Shown: piece after piece, positions 30,893 to 40,810 of the stretch
Position numbering within the stretch: the first letter of the stretch is position 1
Layout: every line of letters starts with the position of its first letter
Assembly (NCBI GenBank): GCA_913048175.1
Contig: CAJWVX010000001.1
Span: forward strand, 12,051-76,050
DNA: 64,000 nucleotides
Source: an uncultured Flavobacteriales bacterium
Lineage (GTDB): Bacteria > Bacteroidota > Bacteroidia > Flavobacteriales_E > Vicingaceae
Reading direction: 5' to 3'
Translations under genes and position numbers: made by a program
The notes under the pieces: model-generated
Told to the model about the DNA's origin: nothing
The model's input: the letters and a program-made list of their open reading frames with translations, nothing else
The model's database searches: none

Positions 30893-31756
30893 CTATAAGT
30901 AAGTCTGTAAACTGTTGGTTCTTGATAATCTTCTCAATCTTCTTAAACCACGCTCTTTTATTTGTCTTATTCTTTCTCTAGTTAAGCCAAAGTGATTTCC
31001 AATCTCTTCAAGAGTCATTTCTTTTCTTCCGCTTAATCCATAAAACAAACGGATAACTTCGGCTTCCATTCCTTTTAAGTAAGATAATGTTCTTTCAATA
31101 TCTGTAGATAAAGATTCGTGAATTAAAGTATCATTTGGTGCAGGAGTAGAGTCTGATTGAATAACACTAATTAAACTGTTATTATCATCATCATTTGCCA
31201 TTGGAGCATCTAATGAAGTTTGTTTCTTAGACATCTTTCTGGAATTCTGAACTTTCTCTAAATCCATTTCTAAAATTTCAGAAAGCTCTTCATCAGTCGG
31301 CTCTCTTTCCATTTGTTGCTCAAATTCACTTGATGCTCTATTAATCTTTTGAATTTCACCTAAACGATTATGTGGTAAACGAATCGTTCTAGAGTTATCA
31401 GCAGCAGCTTTAAGAATACTTTGTCTAATCCACCAAACAGCATAAGAAATAAACTTAAAACCTTTTGTATGATCGTATCTCTTAGCAGCTTCAATAAGTC
31501 CTAAGTTTCCTTCGTTAATTAAATCCTCTAATGTTAATCCTGTATTTTGATATTGCTTAGCAACACTAATAACGAATCTAAGGTTTGCTCTAACCAATTT
31601 GTTTAAAGCATATTCGTCACCATCTTTAATTTGTTGAGCTAATTCTACTTCTTCGTCAGCAGTAATCATTCCCTCTCGTGAAACTTCTTGCAAATACTTT
31701 TCAAGAGATTTACTCTCTCTTTTTGTAATTTGTTGTGTAATTTTTAATTGTCTCAT
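30893..31756 (-). CDS. rpoD: Primary RNA polymerase sigma factor (Bacteroidota-type sigma-70, SigA/RpoD)
   Basis: 287 aa covering region 2 (ANLRFVISVAKQY...DLINEGNLGLIEAAKRYD, FISYAVWWIRQ), region 3, and region 4 (LTLEEIGNHFGLTRERIRQIKERGLRRLR). The short length is typical of Bacteroidota sigma A. Confidence 0.9.
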   Translation of the reverse strand: MRQLKITQQITKRESKSLEKYLQEVSREGMITADEEVELAQQIKDGDEYALNKLVRANLRFVISVAKQYQNTGLTLEDLINEGNLGLIEAAKRYDHTKGFKFISYAVWWIRQSILKAAADNSRTIRLPHNRLGEIQKINRASSEFEQQMEREPTDEELSEILEMDLEKVQNSRKMSKKQTSLDAPMANDDDNNSLISVIQSDSTPAPNDTLIHESLSTDIERTLSYLKGMEAEVIRLFYGLSGRKEMTLEEIGNHFGLTRERIRQIKERGLRRLRRLSRTNSLQTYL

Positions 31757-31944
31757 AATCTCTTTCTCAATTTTTCCTTTAGGTCAGCAAAAACTGTGCT
31801 AGTTTTTATCTGACATCTTTACTATTTCTTTTCTTTATACTTAACGTAAATAAATAACAAATGTTTCTTAATTCATAAAATTTAACTTGATTTAACATTT
31901 CATTAAAGACAATATGTCATTCTATTGACAATTGCGCCTCATGT

Positions 31945-32397
31945 TTACTTTATTTTTTTAATAATCACTTTATTGTCTATATTCTCTACTATCCATTTTT
32001 TATCGAAAACCTTCCTTATATATCTGCCATAAAGTGCTAATCTAACATTTCTATTTTTGAGTTTTTCTTTTTCACTTTGTTCTCCCGTATATTCAAATAA
32101 ATTTACATTTGGATGTTCTTCCCTATACTTACGAACAATAACAACAATGGTTGCCATTACTTTGTAAACTTCTCCCTTATTAGTAACGCTGTATTCTTCA
32201 CCATCATATTCTTCGTTTGTAACACCAAAAACAATGGTTGCATTTAATATATTCTTTTGCTTTCTTCCAAAACGAACCTCATAGTTTACATCACTATCGG
32301 TGATAAAAGAGTATACGGTTCCGCTCTTAATAGCTGGCAATATAATTTGATATGGTTCTAAGTTTTCTAGCAATAGTTTCAAACCGCGAATATTCAA
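31945..32397 (-). CDS. Hypothetical protein
   Basis: 150-aa ORF with no recognisable motif. Its composition is coding-like and there is no competing ORF. Confidence 0.45.
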   Translation of the reverse strand: MNIRGLKLLLENLEPYQIILPAIKSGTVYSFITDSDVNYEVRFGRKQKNILNATIVFGVTNEEYDGEEYSVTNKGEVYKVMATIVVIVRKYREEHPNVNLFEYTGEQSEKEKLKNRNVRLALYGRYIRKVFDKKWIVENIDNKVIIKKIK

Positions 32398-32472
32398 AAA
32401 AAAAACTCAATAAAAAAAATAAAATTTGAACCATTTTAGTATTATTACATTTAAGGTTAAAATAAAGGATAT

Positions 32473-33213
32473 ATGGCAAAATTTGGAAAGTGGATTGGAG
32501 GAGGATTAGGCTGGGCAGTTGGTGGACCCATAGGAGCATTATTTGGTTTTGCATTAGGTACTGTATTTGATAAATCAGCAGGAGAAGAATCATTTAAAAC
32601 ATCAACATCAACAAGAGGCAGGTATCAATCAACGCCAAATGATTTTGGGGCAAGTTTATTGGTTTTAGTAGCTTCAGTAATGAAAGCTGATGGTAAAATT
32701 CTAAAATCAGAGCTAGAATATGTTAGAAGGTTTTTTAATAAACAATTTGGTTCAGAAAAGACAAAGCAGCATATGTTGGTTTTAAGAGAGCTGTTAAAAA
32801 AGGAAATTCCACTCCAAGATGTTTGTTTACAGATTAAAACATATACCAAGTACCCTGCACGTTTGCAATTAATGCATTTATTGTTTGGTGTTGCAGCTGT
32901 AGATGATCACATAGATGAGTCTGAGATTAGAATTATAGAGCAAATAGCATCTTATTTAGGAATTAGACAAGCTGATTACGCATCAATAAAGGCGATGTTT
33001 TTAAAAGAGGTTGACGGGGATTACAAAATATTAGAAATTGATAAAAATGCTACTGATGATGAATTAAAAAAGGCTTATCGAAAAATGGCTGTAAAATATC
33101 ATCCTGATAAAGTAAGTCATATGGGAGATGAATACAAAGATTCGGCTAAAGAGAAATTTCAAAAAATGAAAGATGCTTACGATAATATTAAAAAGCAAAG
33201 GGGAATGAAATAA
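32473..33213 (+). CDS. DjlA-like co-chaperone (TerB-like domain plus C-terminal J domain)
   Basis: 246 aa with a Gly-rich N-terminal helix, a central TerB/DjlA-like region ([16 protein letters not shown]) and a J domain [31 protein letters not shown]. Confidence 0.8.
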   Translation: MAKFGKWIGGGLGWAVGGPIGALFGFALGTVFDKSAGEESFKTSTSTRGRYQSTPNDFGASLLVLVASVMKADGKILKSELEYVRRFFNKQFGSEKTKQHMLVLRELLKKEIPLQDVCLQIKTYTKYPARLQLMHLLFGVAAVDDHIDESEIRIIEQIASYLGIRQADYASIKAMFLKEVDGDYKILEIDKNATDDELKKAYRKMAVKYHPDKVSHMGDEYKDSAKEKFQKMKDAYDNIKKQRGMK

Positions 33214-33214
33214 T

Positions 33215-33433
33215 TTAATCTTCTTTTATGAAGTTAGTTTGAACTACAACTTTAATTTTTAAAGAATCTACCATTTGAGGCGAAGTAGCAATTGAATATA
33301 ACTTGAAGATATTAAAATCGTATTTTGATTTTTGAGTCTTTTTTGCATCTTGTTTAAGTTCGTTTTCCGTAGCAAAAGCTTCCGTACTTAAAACGCTAAC
33401 TAATAAGAATAAGATGATAAGTTGTGATTTCAT
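33215..33433 (-). CDS. Small secreted hypothetical protein
   Basis: 72-aa ORF with a signal peptide (...TEAFA). No motif was recognised. Confidence 0.35.
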   Translation of the reverse strand: MKSQLIILFLLVSVLSTEAFATENELKQDAKKTQKSKYDFNIFKLYSIATSPQMVDSLKIKVVVQTNFIKED

Positions 33434-33557
33434 AAGCTAAAATGTTTTTCAAATATACAAATTCATTTTATTATAATAATATCTAATTTATAATTAACCA
33501 ATTGTAAATAACTGACAAAATTACAATGGTACAATTATCGATGACATTGTATTTAAA

Positions 33558-34250
33558 ATGGAAAAATCAGAAAGAAATAGAATAATAAACGCAATCATTC
33601 ATCCTTTACTATTCGTTATGGTAATAGTGTTGGTTCATTTAATTCAACTGGTATTTGAAATAAACTTTGTAAGCTATGGTGTTTATCCTAGAAGTTCAAA
33701 AGGACTTATTGGCATAATTGCTTCACCATTAATACATGGTAGCTTAAGCCATTTAATTAACAATTCAATTCCAATACTCATAATGGGATCATTACTTTTT
33801 TACTTTTATAAAGAAGTAGCTTTTAAAGTAAGTACTTGGATCTATTTGATGGTTGGTTTTTGGACTTGGGTTTATGCTAGGGAAGCATACCATATTGGAG
33901 CAAGTGGTTTGCTTTATGGTTTATTTTCTTTTTTATTAATGAGTGGTTTTATCAGAAAAAACAAGAATTTAATATCGCTATCATTTGCTGTAGTATTTCT
34001 TTATGGCAGTTTAGTTTGGGGGATATTTCCGATAGATGTCAAAATTTCTTTTGAAGGGCATTTATGGGGATTTGTTGCTGGTACAATATTAGCTATCTAT
34101 TATAGAAAACAAGGCACTCAAAAACCTCCTCCATATTGGCCAGAGGAAGAGGAGTTAGATGATGAATACCCATACTGGAAAGAGGGATTCAATATTAATC
34201 AAGATCAAAAAGTAAACTACATTTTTAAGCCAAAAAAGAAAAAAGAATAA
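33558..34250 (+). CDS. Rhomboid family intramembrane serine protease
   Basis: 230 aa with 6 TM segments, the catalytic GASGLLYG motif and a downstream HLWGFVAG histidine. Confidence 0.85.
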   Translation: MEKSERNRIINAIIHPLLFVMVIVLVHLIQLVFEINFVSYGVYPRSSKGLIGIIASPLIHGSLSHLINNSIPILIMGSLLFYFYKEVAFKVSTWIYLMVGFWTWVYAREAYHIGASGLLYGLFSFLLMSGFIRKNKNLISLSFAVVFLYGSLVWGIFPIDVKISFEGHLWGFVAGTILAIYYRKQGTQKPPPYWPEEEELDDEYPYWKEGFNINQDQKVNYIFKPKKKKE

Positions 34251-34883
34251 TTAAATACTTAAACATTCTTTTTTAGTCCATGATTTCATTAATAAAACCA
34301 TTTCTTTTTGTAATGTTTGTCCTTTATCTTTAGTGTACCAAATCTGAAATTCTTTTTTTAATTCTGCTATACTCATTTTAGGGTTGGCTTTATTTTCGTA
34401 TAACCAATCCTGTAAAAACTTTGGTCTTGGACCCCAAGTTCCTAATTCGTTAAAATTTTCATCTACACAAATTAATTTAGGGATTGACTTTGCTCCATTA
34501 GTAAGATATTGATCCATTAATTCTGGATTTTCATCTCTTAATAATATTCTTAAGTTGATATTAGGATTAGCTTCAGCAATTTTGGTGAAAACTGGAATGT
34601 TTTGTGCTGCATCTCCACACCAGCTTTCTGTTAAAACTATCCAAGTCAGTTTATCGCTTAAACAATCTACTGTTTCAGAAACATCGGGTGCAATTGGCGT
34701 AGTCTTTAAAATACGCTTCATTCTAGAGAAGTTTAATTTAGAATAATCAATCAATTCTTTACTTTGATTGTTACCGGTTGTTTTTCCTTCTTTAGCTAAA
34801 TGCTCTGACAGTTGGTAGTATTCTTCAAATGAAGTACTTTTACTGATATCGTTTTCTGTGATCATAGTTTTAATTTTGAACAA
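34251..34883 (-). CDS. Thioredoxin-fold family protein
   Basis: 210 aa. IVLTESWCGDAAQNIP sits at the usual CxxC position but has a single Cys (WCGD). The fold is thioredoxin-like. Confidence 0.65.
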   Translation of the reverse strand: MFKIKTMITENDISKSTSFEEYYQLSEHLAKEGKTTGNNQSKELIDYSKLNFSRMKRILKTTPIAPDVSETVDCLSDKLTWIVLTESWCGDAAQNIPVFTKIAEANPNINLRILLRDENPELMDQYLTNGAKSIPKLICVDENFNELGTWGPRPKFLQDWLYENKANPKMSIAELKKEFQIWYTKDKGQTLQKEMVLLMKSWTKKECLSI

Positions 34884-34936
34884 AAATACTACAGATATAG
34901 AGAGCTAGATATGATAATAATCAGAATTGTAAAATA

Positions 34937-35599
34937 ATGGACAAAATTTCTTTTAGAATAACAGAAGATGGATCGCATACACTTTATTTAGAAGATTTAG
35001 ATGAAACCTATCATTCTAAACATGGAGCAATTCAGGAAGCATTGCATGTTTTTATTGATGCAGGTTTAAAATTTTGTAATCAGACCAATCTTAATATTTT
35101 AGAAATAGGTTTTGGAACTGGTTTAAATACATTTTTAACGCTACAAGAATCAAATAATACAATAATTAATTATACTTCATTAGAAGCTTTTCCTTTGAGC
35201 AATGAAATTATATCTCAATTGAATTATAAGAAAGAATTAAGTTTAGATACGGAAGGAATTGAGCATTTTAATAAACTACATAAAGTAGAATGGGGGACTT
35301 ATCAAGAGATTACTCCAATATTTAATTTAAATAAAGAGAACGTTGAATTGATTAATTACAAGACAACTGAAAAATTTGATATTATTTATTTTGATGCATT
35401 CGGTCCAAATGTGCAACCCGAAATGTGGGGTAAAGCTATTTTTGAAAATATGTATGACATTTTAGCAGATAAAGGTATACTTGTTACTTATTGTGCAAAA
35501 GGAAGTGTAAAAAGAACTTTAAAAGAAGTTGGTTTTGAAGTTGAACCTTTACCTGGGCCTCCTGGTAAAAGAGAAATGACAAGAGCCAAGAAATTATGA
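34937..35599 (+). CDS. mnmD: tRNA (mnm5s2U34) methyltransferase, stand-alone MnmC C-terminal-type (MnmD-like)
   Basis: 220 aa with ILEIGFGTGLN (SAM motif I) and IIYFDAFGPNVQPEMW, characteristic of the MnmC methyltransferase domain (DUF752). Confidence 0.7.
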   Translation: MDKISFRITEDGSHTLYLEDLDETYHSKHGAIQEALHVFIDAGLKFCNQTNLNILEIGFGTGLNTFLTLQESNNTIINYTSLEAFPLSNEIISQLNYKKELSLDTEGIEHFNKLHKVEWGTYQEITPIFNLNKENVELINYKTTEKFDIIYFDAFGPNVQPEMWGKAIFENMYDILADKGILVTYCAKGSVKRTLKEVGFEVEPLPGPPGKREMTRAKKL

Positions 35600-35703
35600 A
35601 TTTTAAATGTTCAATGATGAATATAAATCATCTGTCATTCTGAACGATATTTTTCCGATTTTTTTTTCGTAGAAAAATGAATTGAAGAATCTATTTTAAA
35701 AAA

Positions 35704-36195
35704 ATGAATAACGAATTAAAACAGCATTTAGAATTAGCCCAGACCAATCTTAAAGAGAATAAGGCTTTGGTTAAAAAGCTAAAGAAATCTAAACCAAAAA
35801 GTTTGGATGATACTGTACATCAATTACATGATGAGGCTTTTGAAAAGATTGATTGTTTAGATTGTGCTAATTGTTGTAAGACTACTAGTCCTGCTATATA
35901 TGAGCGTGATATAGATCGTTTGGCAAAGCATCTTAAAATGAAGCCTCATAAATTGATTGAGCAATACATGGTAAAAGACTCTGATGATGATTATGTATTT
36001 AAAGGAGCACCTTGTCCGTTTTTAGATCATGAAAACTATTGTATGGTTTATGACAGTAGACCTTTAGCTTGTAGAGAATACCCTCACACCAACCGTAAAC
36101 GTTTTTACCAAGTATTGGATTTATCTTTAACGAATACAGAGATTTGCCCTGCTGTGGCTTCTATTTTTGAGGGGTTGAAGAGTAAGATTGGGTAA
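35704..36195 (+). CDS. YkgJ family cysteine-cluster protein
   Basis: 163 aa with CLDCANCCK plus CPFLDHENYCMVY...PLACREYP, the CxxCxxCC Fe-S/zinc cluster pattern. Confidence 0.75.
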   Translation: MNNELKQHLELAQTNLKENKALVKKLKKSKPKSLDDTVHQLHDEAFEKIDCLDCANCCKTTSPAIYERDIDRLAKHLKMKPHKLIEQYMVKDSDDDYVFKGAPCPFLDHENYCMVYDSRPLACREYPHTNRKRFYQVLDLSLTNTEICPAVASIFEGLKSKIG

Positions 36196-36260
36196 TTGTA
36201 ATAGAGTACCGTTTATTAAATGACAATTTATTTGCGAAAAATTTAAGCTATTTTAGAGTA

Positions 36261-36755
36261 ATGAAATTTTTAATATTGATAATATCTTTTTTGCTTTATT
36301 CGTTAGTTCTCCAATCTTCTACTCTAACTGATAACGCTAAGGGAATAACTCTTCAACTTTTAAAAAAGGATATTGAAGAACCTACTTTTTTTACTTCATT
36401 TTCTGAAGATGAAACTATTAGTTTTGATAAATTCAAAAAAGAATTCACTATTATTCAATTAAAAAAATCAATAGACAGAGGTGTAGGAATTCCTCTTGGA
36501 GTTGTAACTGTAGCTACTGGTACTGGACTAATTATAGTTGATGTTGTCGGGTTAAGTTTGATCGCAGGTCCTTTAAAACCAGATTCGGAAAAAGGAATAG
36601 TTAGAATTATTGCAGGAGGACTTGTTATCGGAGCTGTAGGTGTAGGTTTAATTTATTTAGGAAAACAAATAATAGAAAATGCAGAGCCTCGAAAAAAGAA
36701 AAAATCATCCAAACAAAAACAATTAGATAGTATCAAAAAGTTTGAAGGATATTAA
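36261..36755 (+). CDS. Hypothetical membrane-anchored protein
   Basis: 164-aa ORF with a signal peptide, two Gly-rich TM segments and a basic C-terminus. Confidence 0.45.
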   Translation: MKFLILIISFLLYSLVLQSSTLTDNAKGITLQLLKKDIEEPTFFTSFSEDETISFDKFKKEFTIIQLKKSIDRGVGIPLGVVTVATGTGLIIVDVVGLSLIAGPLKPDSEKGIVRIIAGGLVIGAVGVGLIYLGKQIIENAEPRKKKKSSKQKQLDSIKKFEGY

Positions 36756-36759
36756 GCTT

Positions 36760-37467
36760 TTATCCAATCAAAAAGATGCAAGGTCTTTTTTGTAAGTTAA
36801 TTTTGGTTGTTTTCCATTCTTCAACAGTTTTGGTATAAATCTGTTCCGTTTGTAAAGTAATATCAACTGCTATACAAAGTTTTGTAGTACTAAAACAGTT
36901 TTTAATAATATCCTCTATTACGTGTGAGTTTCTAAAGGGAGTTTCAATAAATAATTGTGTCTGTTGTTTGTTTTTAGCTGCTTTCTCTAACTCTTTAATC
37001 TTTCTTGTTCTATCCTTTTGGTCTTTTGGTAAATAGCCATTAAAACAAAAACTTTGACCGTTAAATCCACTTGCCATCAATGCTAATAAGATAGAAGATG
37101 GTCCAACTAAGGGAACTACTTTTATTTTTTGTTCTTGTGCTAAGGCAACAATGTCTGCTCCTGGATCTGCCACACCAGGGCAACCAGCTTCAGATAGAAC
37201 GCCAACATTTTGTCCTTCAAAAATTGGTTTTAAAAAGGTAGGTAATTCAGTATCTTGAGTTCGTTTATTTAACTCAAAAAATGTTAGTTCATTAATTGGT
37301 TTAAGAATACCCGCTTTTTTAAGGAATCTACGAGCCGTTTTAATATTCTCAACAACATAAACATCAATTTCATTAATGAGCTCGTTATTTAACTCAGGAA
37401 TAACTTTGTTTACTGCAGTGTCTCCCAATGTAATTGGAATCATATATAGAATACCTTTTTTAATCAT
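36760..37467 (-). CDS. Tetrapyrrole-methylase-fold SAM-dependent methyltransferase (RsmI-like)
   Basis: 235 aa with LYMIPITLGD at the N-terminus and SEAGCPGVADPG, typical of the RsmI/TP_methylase family. Confidence 0.75.
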   Translation of the reverse strand: MIKKGILYMIPITLGDTAVNKVIPELNNELINEIDVYVVENIKTARRFLKKAGILKPINELTFFELNKRTQDTELPTFLKPIFEGQNVGVLSEAGCPGVADPGADIVALAQEQKIKVVPLVGPSSILLALMASGFNGQSFCFNGYLPKDQKDRTRKIKELEKAAKNKQQTQLFIETPFRNSHVIEDIIKNCFSTTKLCIAVDITLQTEQIYTKTVEEWKTTKINLQKRPCIFLIG

Positions 37468-37925
37468 TTTCTTAAGTTTTTTATAAAATTATCGCAAGCA
37501 ATATCTAACATTTGATATACATCCTCAAAACCTTGTTCACCTCCATAATATGGATCTGGAACATTTAAATTCTCATTAGGATGATTTTCTTCTAAAAACA
37601 GAACTACCTTATTTATATCTTCTTCAGTTCTTGATAATCTTAATATGTTTTCTTTGTTAGATTCATCCATTGCAAAGATATAATCAAATTCATCAAAATC
37701 AGCTACAATAAATTGTCTTCCTCTTTGGTAAGAAATATCTAAACCATGTTCAATAGCTTTTTGTTGCATTCTTTTGTCAGGAGCTTCACCAATGTGATAG
37801 TTTGATGTTCCTGCAGAATCAACTAGAATATTTAATCCTTCAGTTTTCACTTTGTCAATTAGAATTCCTTCAGCCATAGCTGAACGACAAATATTTCCTA
37901 GGCAAACAAATAGGACCTTTTTCAT
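37464..37925 (-). CDS. Low-molecular-weight protein-tyrosine phosphatase
   Basis: 153 aa with P-loop VCLGNICRSAMAE and the downstream DPYYG motif. There is a 4-nt overlap with the next gene. Confidence 0.9.
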   Translation of the reverse strand: MKKVLFVCLGNICRSAMAEGILIDKVKTEGLNILVDSAGTSNYHIGEAPDKRMQQKAIEHGLDISYQRGRQFIVADFDEFDYIFAMDESNKENILRLSRTEEDINKVVLFLEENHPNENLNVPDPYYGGEQGFEDVYQMLDIACDNFIKNLRK

Positions 37926-38062
37926 AAAACATAAAATGATAAAACGTAAAGTAGAGTAGCTACAATTAATCCAATAATTGTATAAAACAACATGTTTTGG
38001 CCTCTTTTATTAATTGGCTTGTAATGTGATGGTGTTTCGTATTTTCTGTTTAAAAAGCTCAT
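37922..38062 (-). CDS. Possible 46-aa single-TM micro-protein (not in ORF track)
   Basis: Encodes MSFLNRKYETPSHYKPINKRGQNMLFYTIIGLIVATLLYVLSFYVL. Its TGA overlaps the ATG of the phosphatase gene (ATGA), and it lies just downstream of the dnaA terminator. Confidence 0.35.
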   Translation of the reverse strand: MSFLNRKYETPSHYKPINKRGQNMLFYTIIGLIVATLLYVLSFYVL

Positions 38063-38145
38063 CTAAAGTAAAGGTAATAAAATAATCACCCCGTTCTTCA
38101 AGGTAGTTTATTCAACTTGATATTTTGAAAGCCAAAATAGAGCTC

Positions 38146-38178
38146 CATAAAAAAACAGGAACAAATTAATGTTCCTGT
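38146..38178 (-). terminator. Rho-independent terminator of dnaA
   Basis: Stem AACAGGAACA (38153-38162) / TGTTCCTGTT (38169-38178) has a 6-nt loop. The A-run 38147-38154 reads as a T-run on the minus strand. Confidence 0.75.
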
Positions 38179-38227
38179 TTAGTTAGTGCAATATAATGAG
38201 AGTCATTAAATGTTGCTTCTGTATAGC

Positions 38228-39661
38228 TTATTGTAAGCTAATTTTTTTCTTTAAATCATCAATATAACCTCTAAATCTCTTGTCAGTATCCATTAAGTTG
38301 TTTACTGTTTTACAAGCATGTAATACCGTTGCATGATCTTTGCCACCACAATGCATTCCAATTGTTGCTAAACTAGATTTAGTCATTTGTTTAGAGAAGT
38401 ACATCGCAATTTGTCTTGCTTGTACAACTTCTCTTTTTCTTGTTTTAGATTTCAACGTATCAATAGCCATATCAAAATAGTCGCAAACAACCTTTTGTAT
38501 GTAATCAATAGAAACTTCTTTAGCAGTGTTTTTAACAAACTTGTCAACCATCTGACGAGCAAGATCTAGGTTAACTGCTTTTTTATTTAATGAAGATTGT
38601 GCTAAAATAGAAATTAAGGCACCCTCTAATTCTCTTACGTTAGTAGTAATACTGTAACCAATATACTCAACAACATCCTTAGGTAATTCTAAACCTTCTT
38701 GATACATTTTCTTTTCAAGAATAGCAATTCTTGTTTCTAATGCAGGAGCCTGTAAATCAGCTGCTAATCCCCATTTAAAACGAGAAAGTAAACGTTGTTC
38801 CATTCCAATTATTTCAACAGGAGCTTTATCAGCAGTTAAGATTATTTGTTTTCCAGATTGGTGTAAGTGATTAAAAATATGAAAGAAAACATCTTGTGTT
38901 TTTGGCTTACCACCAAAGAACTGAACATCATCAATAATTAACACATCTATCATTTGGTAGAAGTGAATAAAATCGTTTTGTTCGTTGTTTCTTACTGCAT
39001 CAATAAACTGGGTTGTAAATTTTTCTGAAGAAACATACAATACTGTTTTGTTAGGAAACCTGTTTTTAACATCAATTCCAATAGAATGTGCTAAATGTGT
39101 TTTTCCTAAACCAACTCCACCATAAATTAACAATGGATTAAAAGCTGTTCCTCCAGGGTTTTTTGCAACTGCAAAACCTGCAGAACGAGCTAATCTGTTA
39201 CAATCTCCTTCTACAAAATTTGAAAAAGAGTAGTTAGGATTTAATTGAGAATCTACATTTATTTTTTTAAGACCAGGGATTATAAACGGATTTCTTATAG
39301 ATTTATCTTTGTTTAAATCGATAGGCATAGAAACAGGCGAGTTCTTAATTGCTTGTCTATTTGTTCCAGGAATTTTAACAGTGTACGGTTTAGTTCCGTT
39401 TTGACTGTTTTCCATCACAATACTGTACTCTAATCTTCCTTCAGCACCTAATTCTTTTCTAATTGTCTTTTTAAGGATATCAACATAATGTTCTTCTAAC
39501 CATTCGTAAAAGAATTGACTAGGAACTTGAATAGTCAATACTTTACTTTTCAATTTAATGGGTTTTATAGGTTCAAACCAAGTCTTATAGCTTTGTAAGC
39601 TAACATTATCCTTGATTACCTGTAGGCAATTCTCCCAAACTGAATTAAAATCTTTTTGCAT
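38228..39661 (-). CDS. dnaA: Chromosomal replication initiator protein DnaA
   Basis: 477 aa with AAA+ Walker A GGVGLGKTHL, Walker B LIIDDVQF, sensor motifs, and domain IV (VQARQIAMYFSKQMT...SLATIGMHCGGKDHATVLHA). Confidence 0.97.
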   Translation of the reverse strand: MQKDFNSVWENCLQVIKDNVSLQSYKTWFEPIKPIKLKSKVLTIQVPSQFFYEWLEEHYVDILKKTIRKELGAEGRLEYSIVMENSQNGTKPYTVKIPGTNRQAIKNSPVSMPIDLNKDKSIRNPFIIPGLKKINVDSQLNPNYSFSNFVEGDCNRLARSAGFAVAKNPGGTAFNPLLIYGGVGLGKTHLAHSIGIDVKNRFPNKTVLYVSSEKFTTQFIDAVRNNEQNDFIHFYQMIDVLIIDDVQFFGGKPKTQDVFFHIFNHLHQSGKQIILTADKAPVEIIGMEQRLLSRFKWGLAADLQAPALETRIAILEKKMYQEGLELPKDVVEYIGYSITTNVRELEGALISILAQSSLNKKAVNLDLARQMVDKFVKNTAKEVSIDYIQKVVCDYFDMAIDTLKSKTRKREVVQARQIAMYFSKQMTKSSLATIGMHCGGKDHATVLHACKTVNNLMDTDKRFRGYIDDLKKKISLQ

Positions 39662-39874
39662 TTTTAAGTTCCTTCTTTTTAAGTTAAAAATAGTTGTTAA
39701 TTAGTAAAGCTTAGCGTATGATCTTAGTAGGTGATTGTTGAAAAGTAATTTGCCATTTTATCAAACTATAACTCTTTAAAAATCAATACTTTCTATTTAA
39801 AAGCAGTGCCGTTGTTTTACTCTAACAAATATTTGCATAAAAAAGTGAAAAAAAAAACTTTTAGGGTATTGTTT

Positions 39875-40810
39875 TTAAGGTATTTTTTTACCCGTTATGG
39901 TAATGTTCTGAGAACTAACGGTATAATTTTTAGAGTTATTAACAAAGTAATTTAATCGGCCGAGATTGACCCCAGCCCAGCCAACTTGATTTATTAGAGT
40001 AATCTCTCCATCTAAGTTCTTGATTTTCGTAGGTTTATCAAGAGATGTATGGGTGTGACCACCAATAATTAAGTCAATATTTTTTGTTAATGAAGCTAAT
40101 TTTAGGTCAGAAATTTTATCTGTTTTATATTTATATCCTAAATGTGAAAGACAAATAATTAACTCACATTGTTCTTTATTTTTTAAAATGTCAGCAGTTT
40201 TATTTGCTGCAATAACAGGATCAGAATATTTTGTTTTTTTATATAGTTTTTTATCAACTAATCCATCCAATTCAACTCCAACTCCAAAAACTCCAATTTT
40301 AACACCATTTTTATTGAAAACTTTATACGTTTTTATCTTTCCTTTTAAGATAGTCTCTAAAAAATCATAATTGGCATTTAGGAATGGAAAATTAGCATGA
40401 GGTAACATTTTATTTAATCCATCAATTCCATTGTCAAAATCATGATTACCTATTGTGCAAGCATCATATTTCATCAAACTCATTAGTTTAAAATCAATTT
40501 CACCTTCATATAAATTAAAGTATGGAGTTCCCTGAAAAACATCTCCAGCATCTAATAAAAGAACATTTTCTTCTTCATTTCTTATTTGCTGAATTAATGA
40601 TGCTCTTCGAGCAGCTCCACCTAAGCCTGGATATTTTGGGTCATTATCAGGAAAAGGATCAATATGACTGTGAACATCATTGGTGTGAAGAATAACAATT
40701 TTAATATGTTTCCTTTTTTTTGATGCAAAGGATGAAAATGGAATTAGATTAATACCAGCTAATCCAAAACCACTAAATAAAGCTTGCTTTATGAATTTTC
40801 TTCTACTCAA
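39875..40810 (-). CDS. Metallophosphoesterase half of a split 5'-nucleotidase/UDP-sugar hydrolase, Tat-signal
   Basis: 311 aa with a twin-arginine leader MSRRKFIKQALFSGFGLAG and calcineurin-like motifs HTNDVHS, DAGD, GNHDFD, GGHTH. Confidence 0.85.
   Translation of the reverse strand: MSRRKFIKQALFSGFGLAGINLIPFSSFASKKRKHIKIVILHTNDVHSHIDPFPDNDPKYPGLGGAARRASLIQQIRNEEENVLLLDAGDVFQGTPYFNLYEGEIDFKLMSLMKYDACTIGNHDFDNGIDGLNKMLPHANFPFLNANYDFLETILKGKIKTYKVFNKNGVKIGVFGVGVELDGLVDKKLYKKTKYSDPVIAANKTADILKNKEQCELIICLSHLGYKYKTDKISDLKLASLTKNIDLIIGGHTHTSLDKPTKIKNLDGEITLINQVGWAGVNLGRLNYFVNNSKNYTVSSQNITITGKKIP

Noticed and set aside
32327-32593. 88-aa minus-strand ORF across the 31945/32473 divergent promoter region
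   Set aside because: It overlaps both flanking real genes and has low-complexity Leu/Ile/Gln-rich content, so it is likely spurious.
33434-33557. Clustered TTGTAA/TTACAA inverted repeats upstream of the rhomboid gene
   Set aside because: CCAATTGTAA...TTACAATGG and TACAAT...ATTGTA are short and AT-rich, so they are expected by chance in 30% GC DNA. There is no supporting context.
37926-39874. oriC next to dnaA
   Set aside because: I scanned both dnaA-flanking intergenic regions (37926-38227 and 39662-39874) for TTATCCACA/TGTGGATAA. I found no match with two or fewer mismatches and no box cluster. The only feature is an A11 run and general AT-richness. The origin may lie elsewhere or use divergent boxes, so I do not call it.
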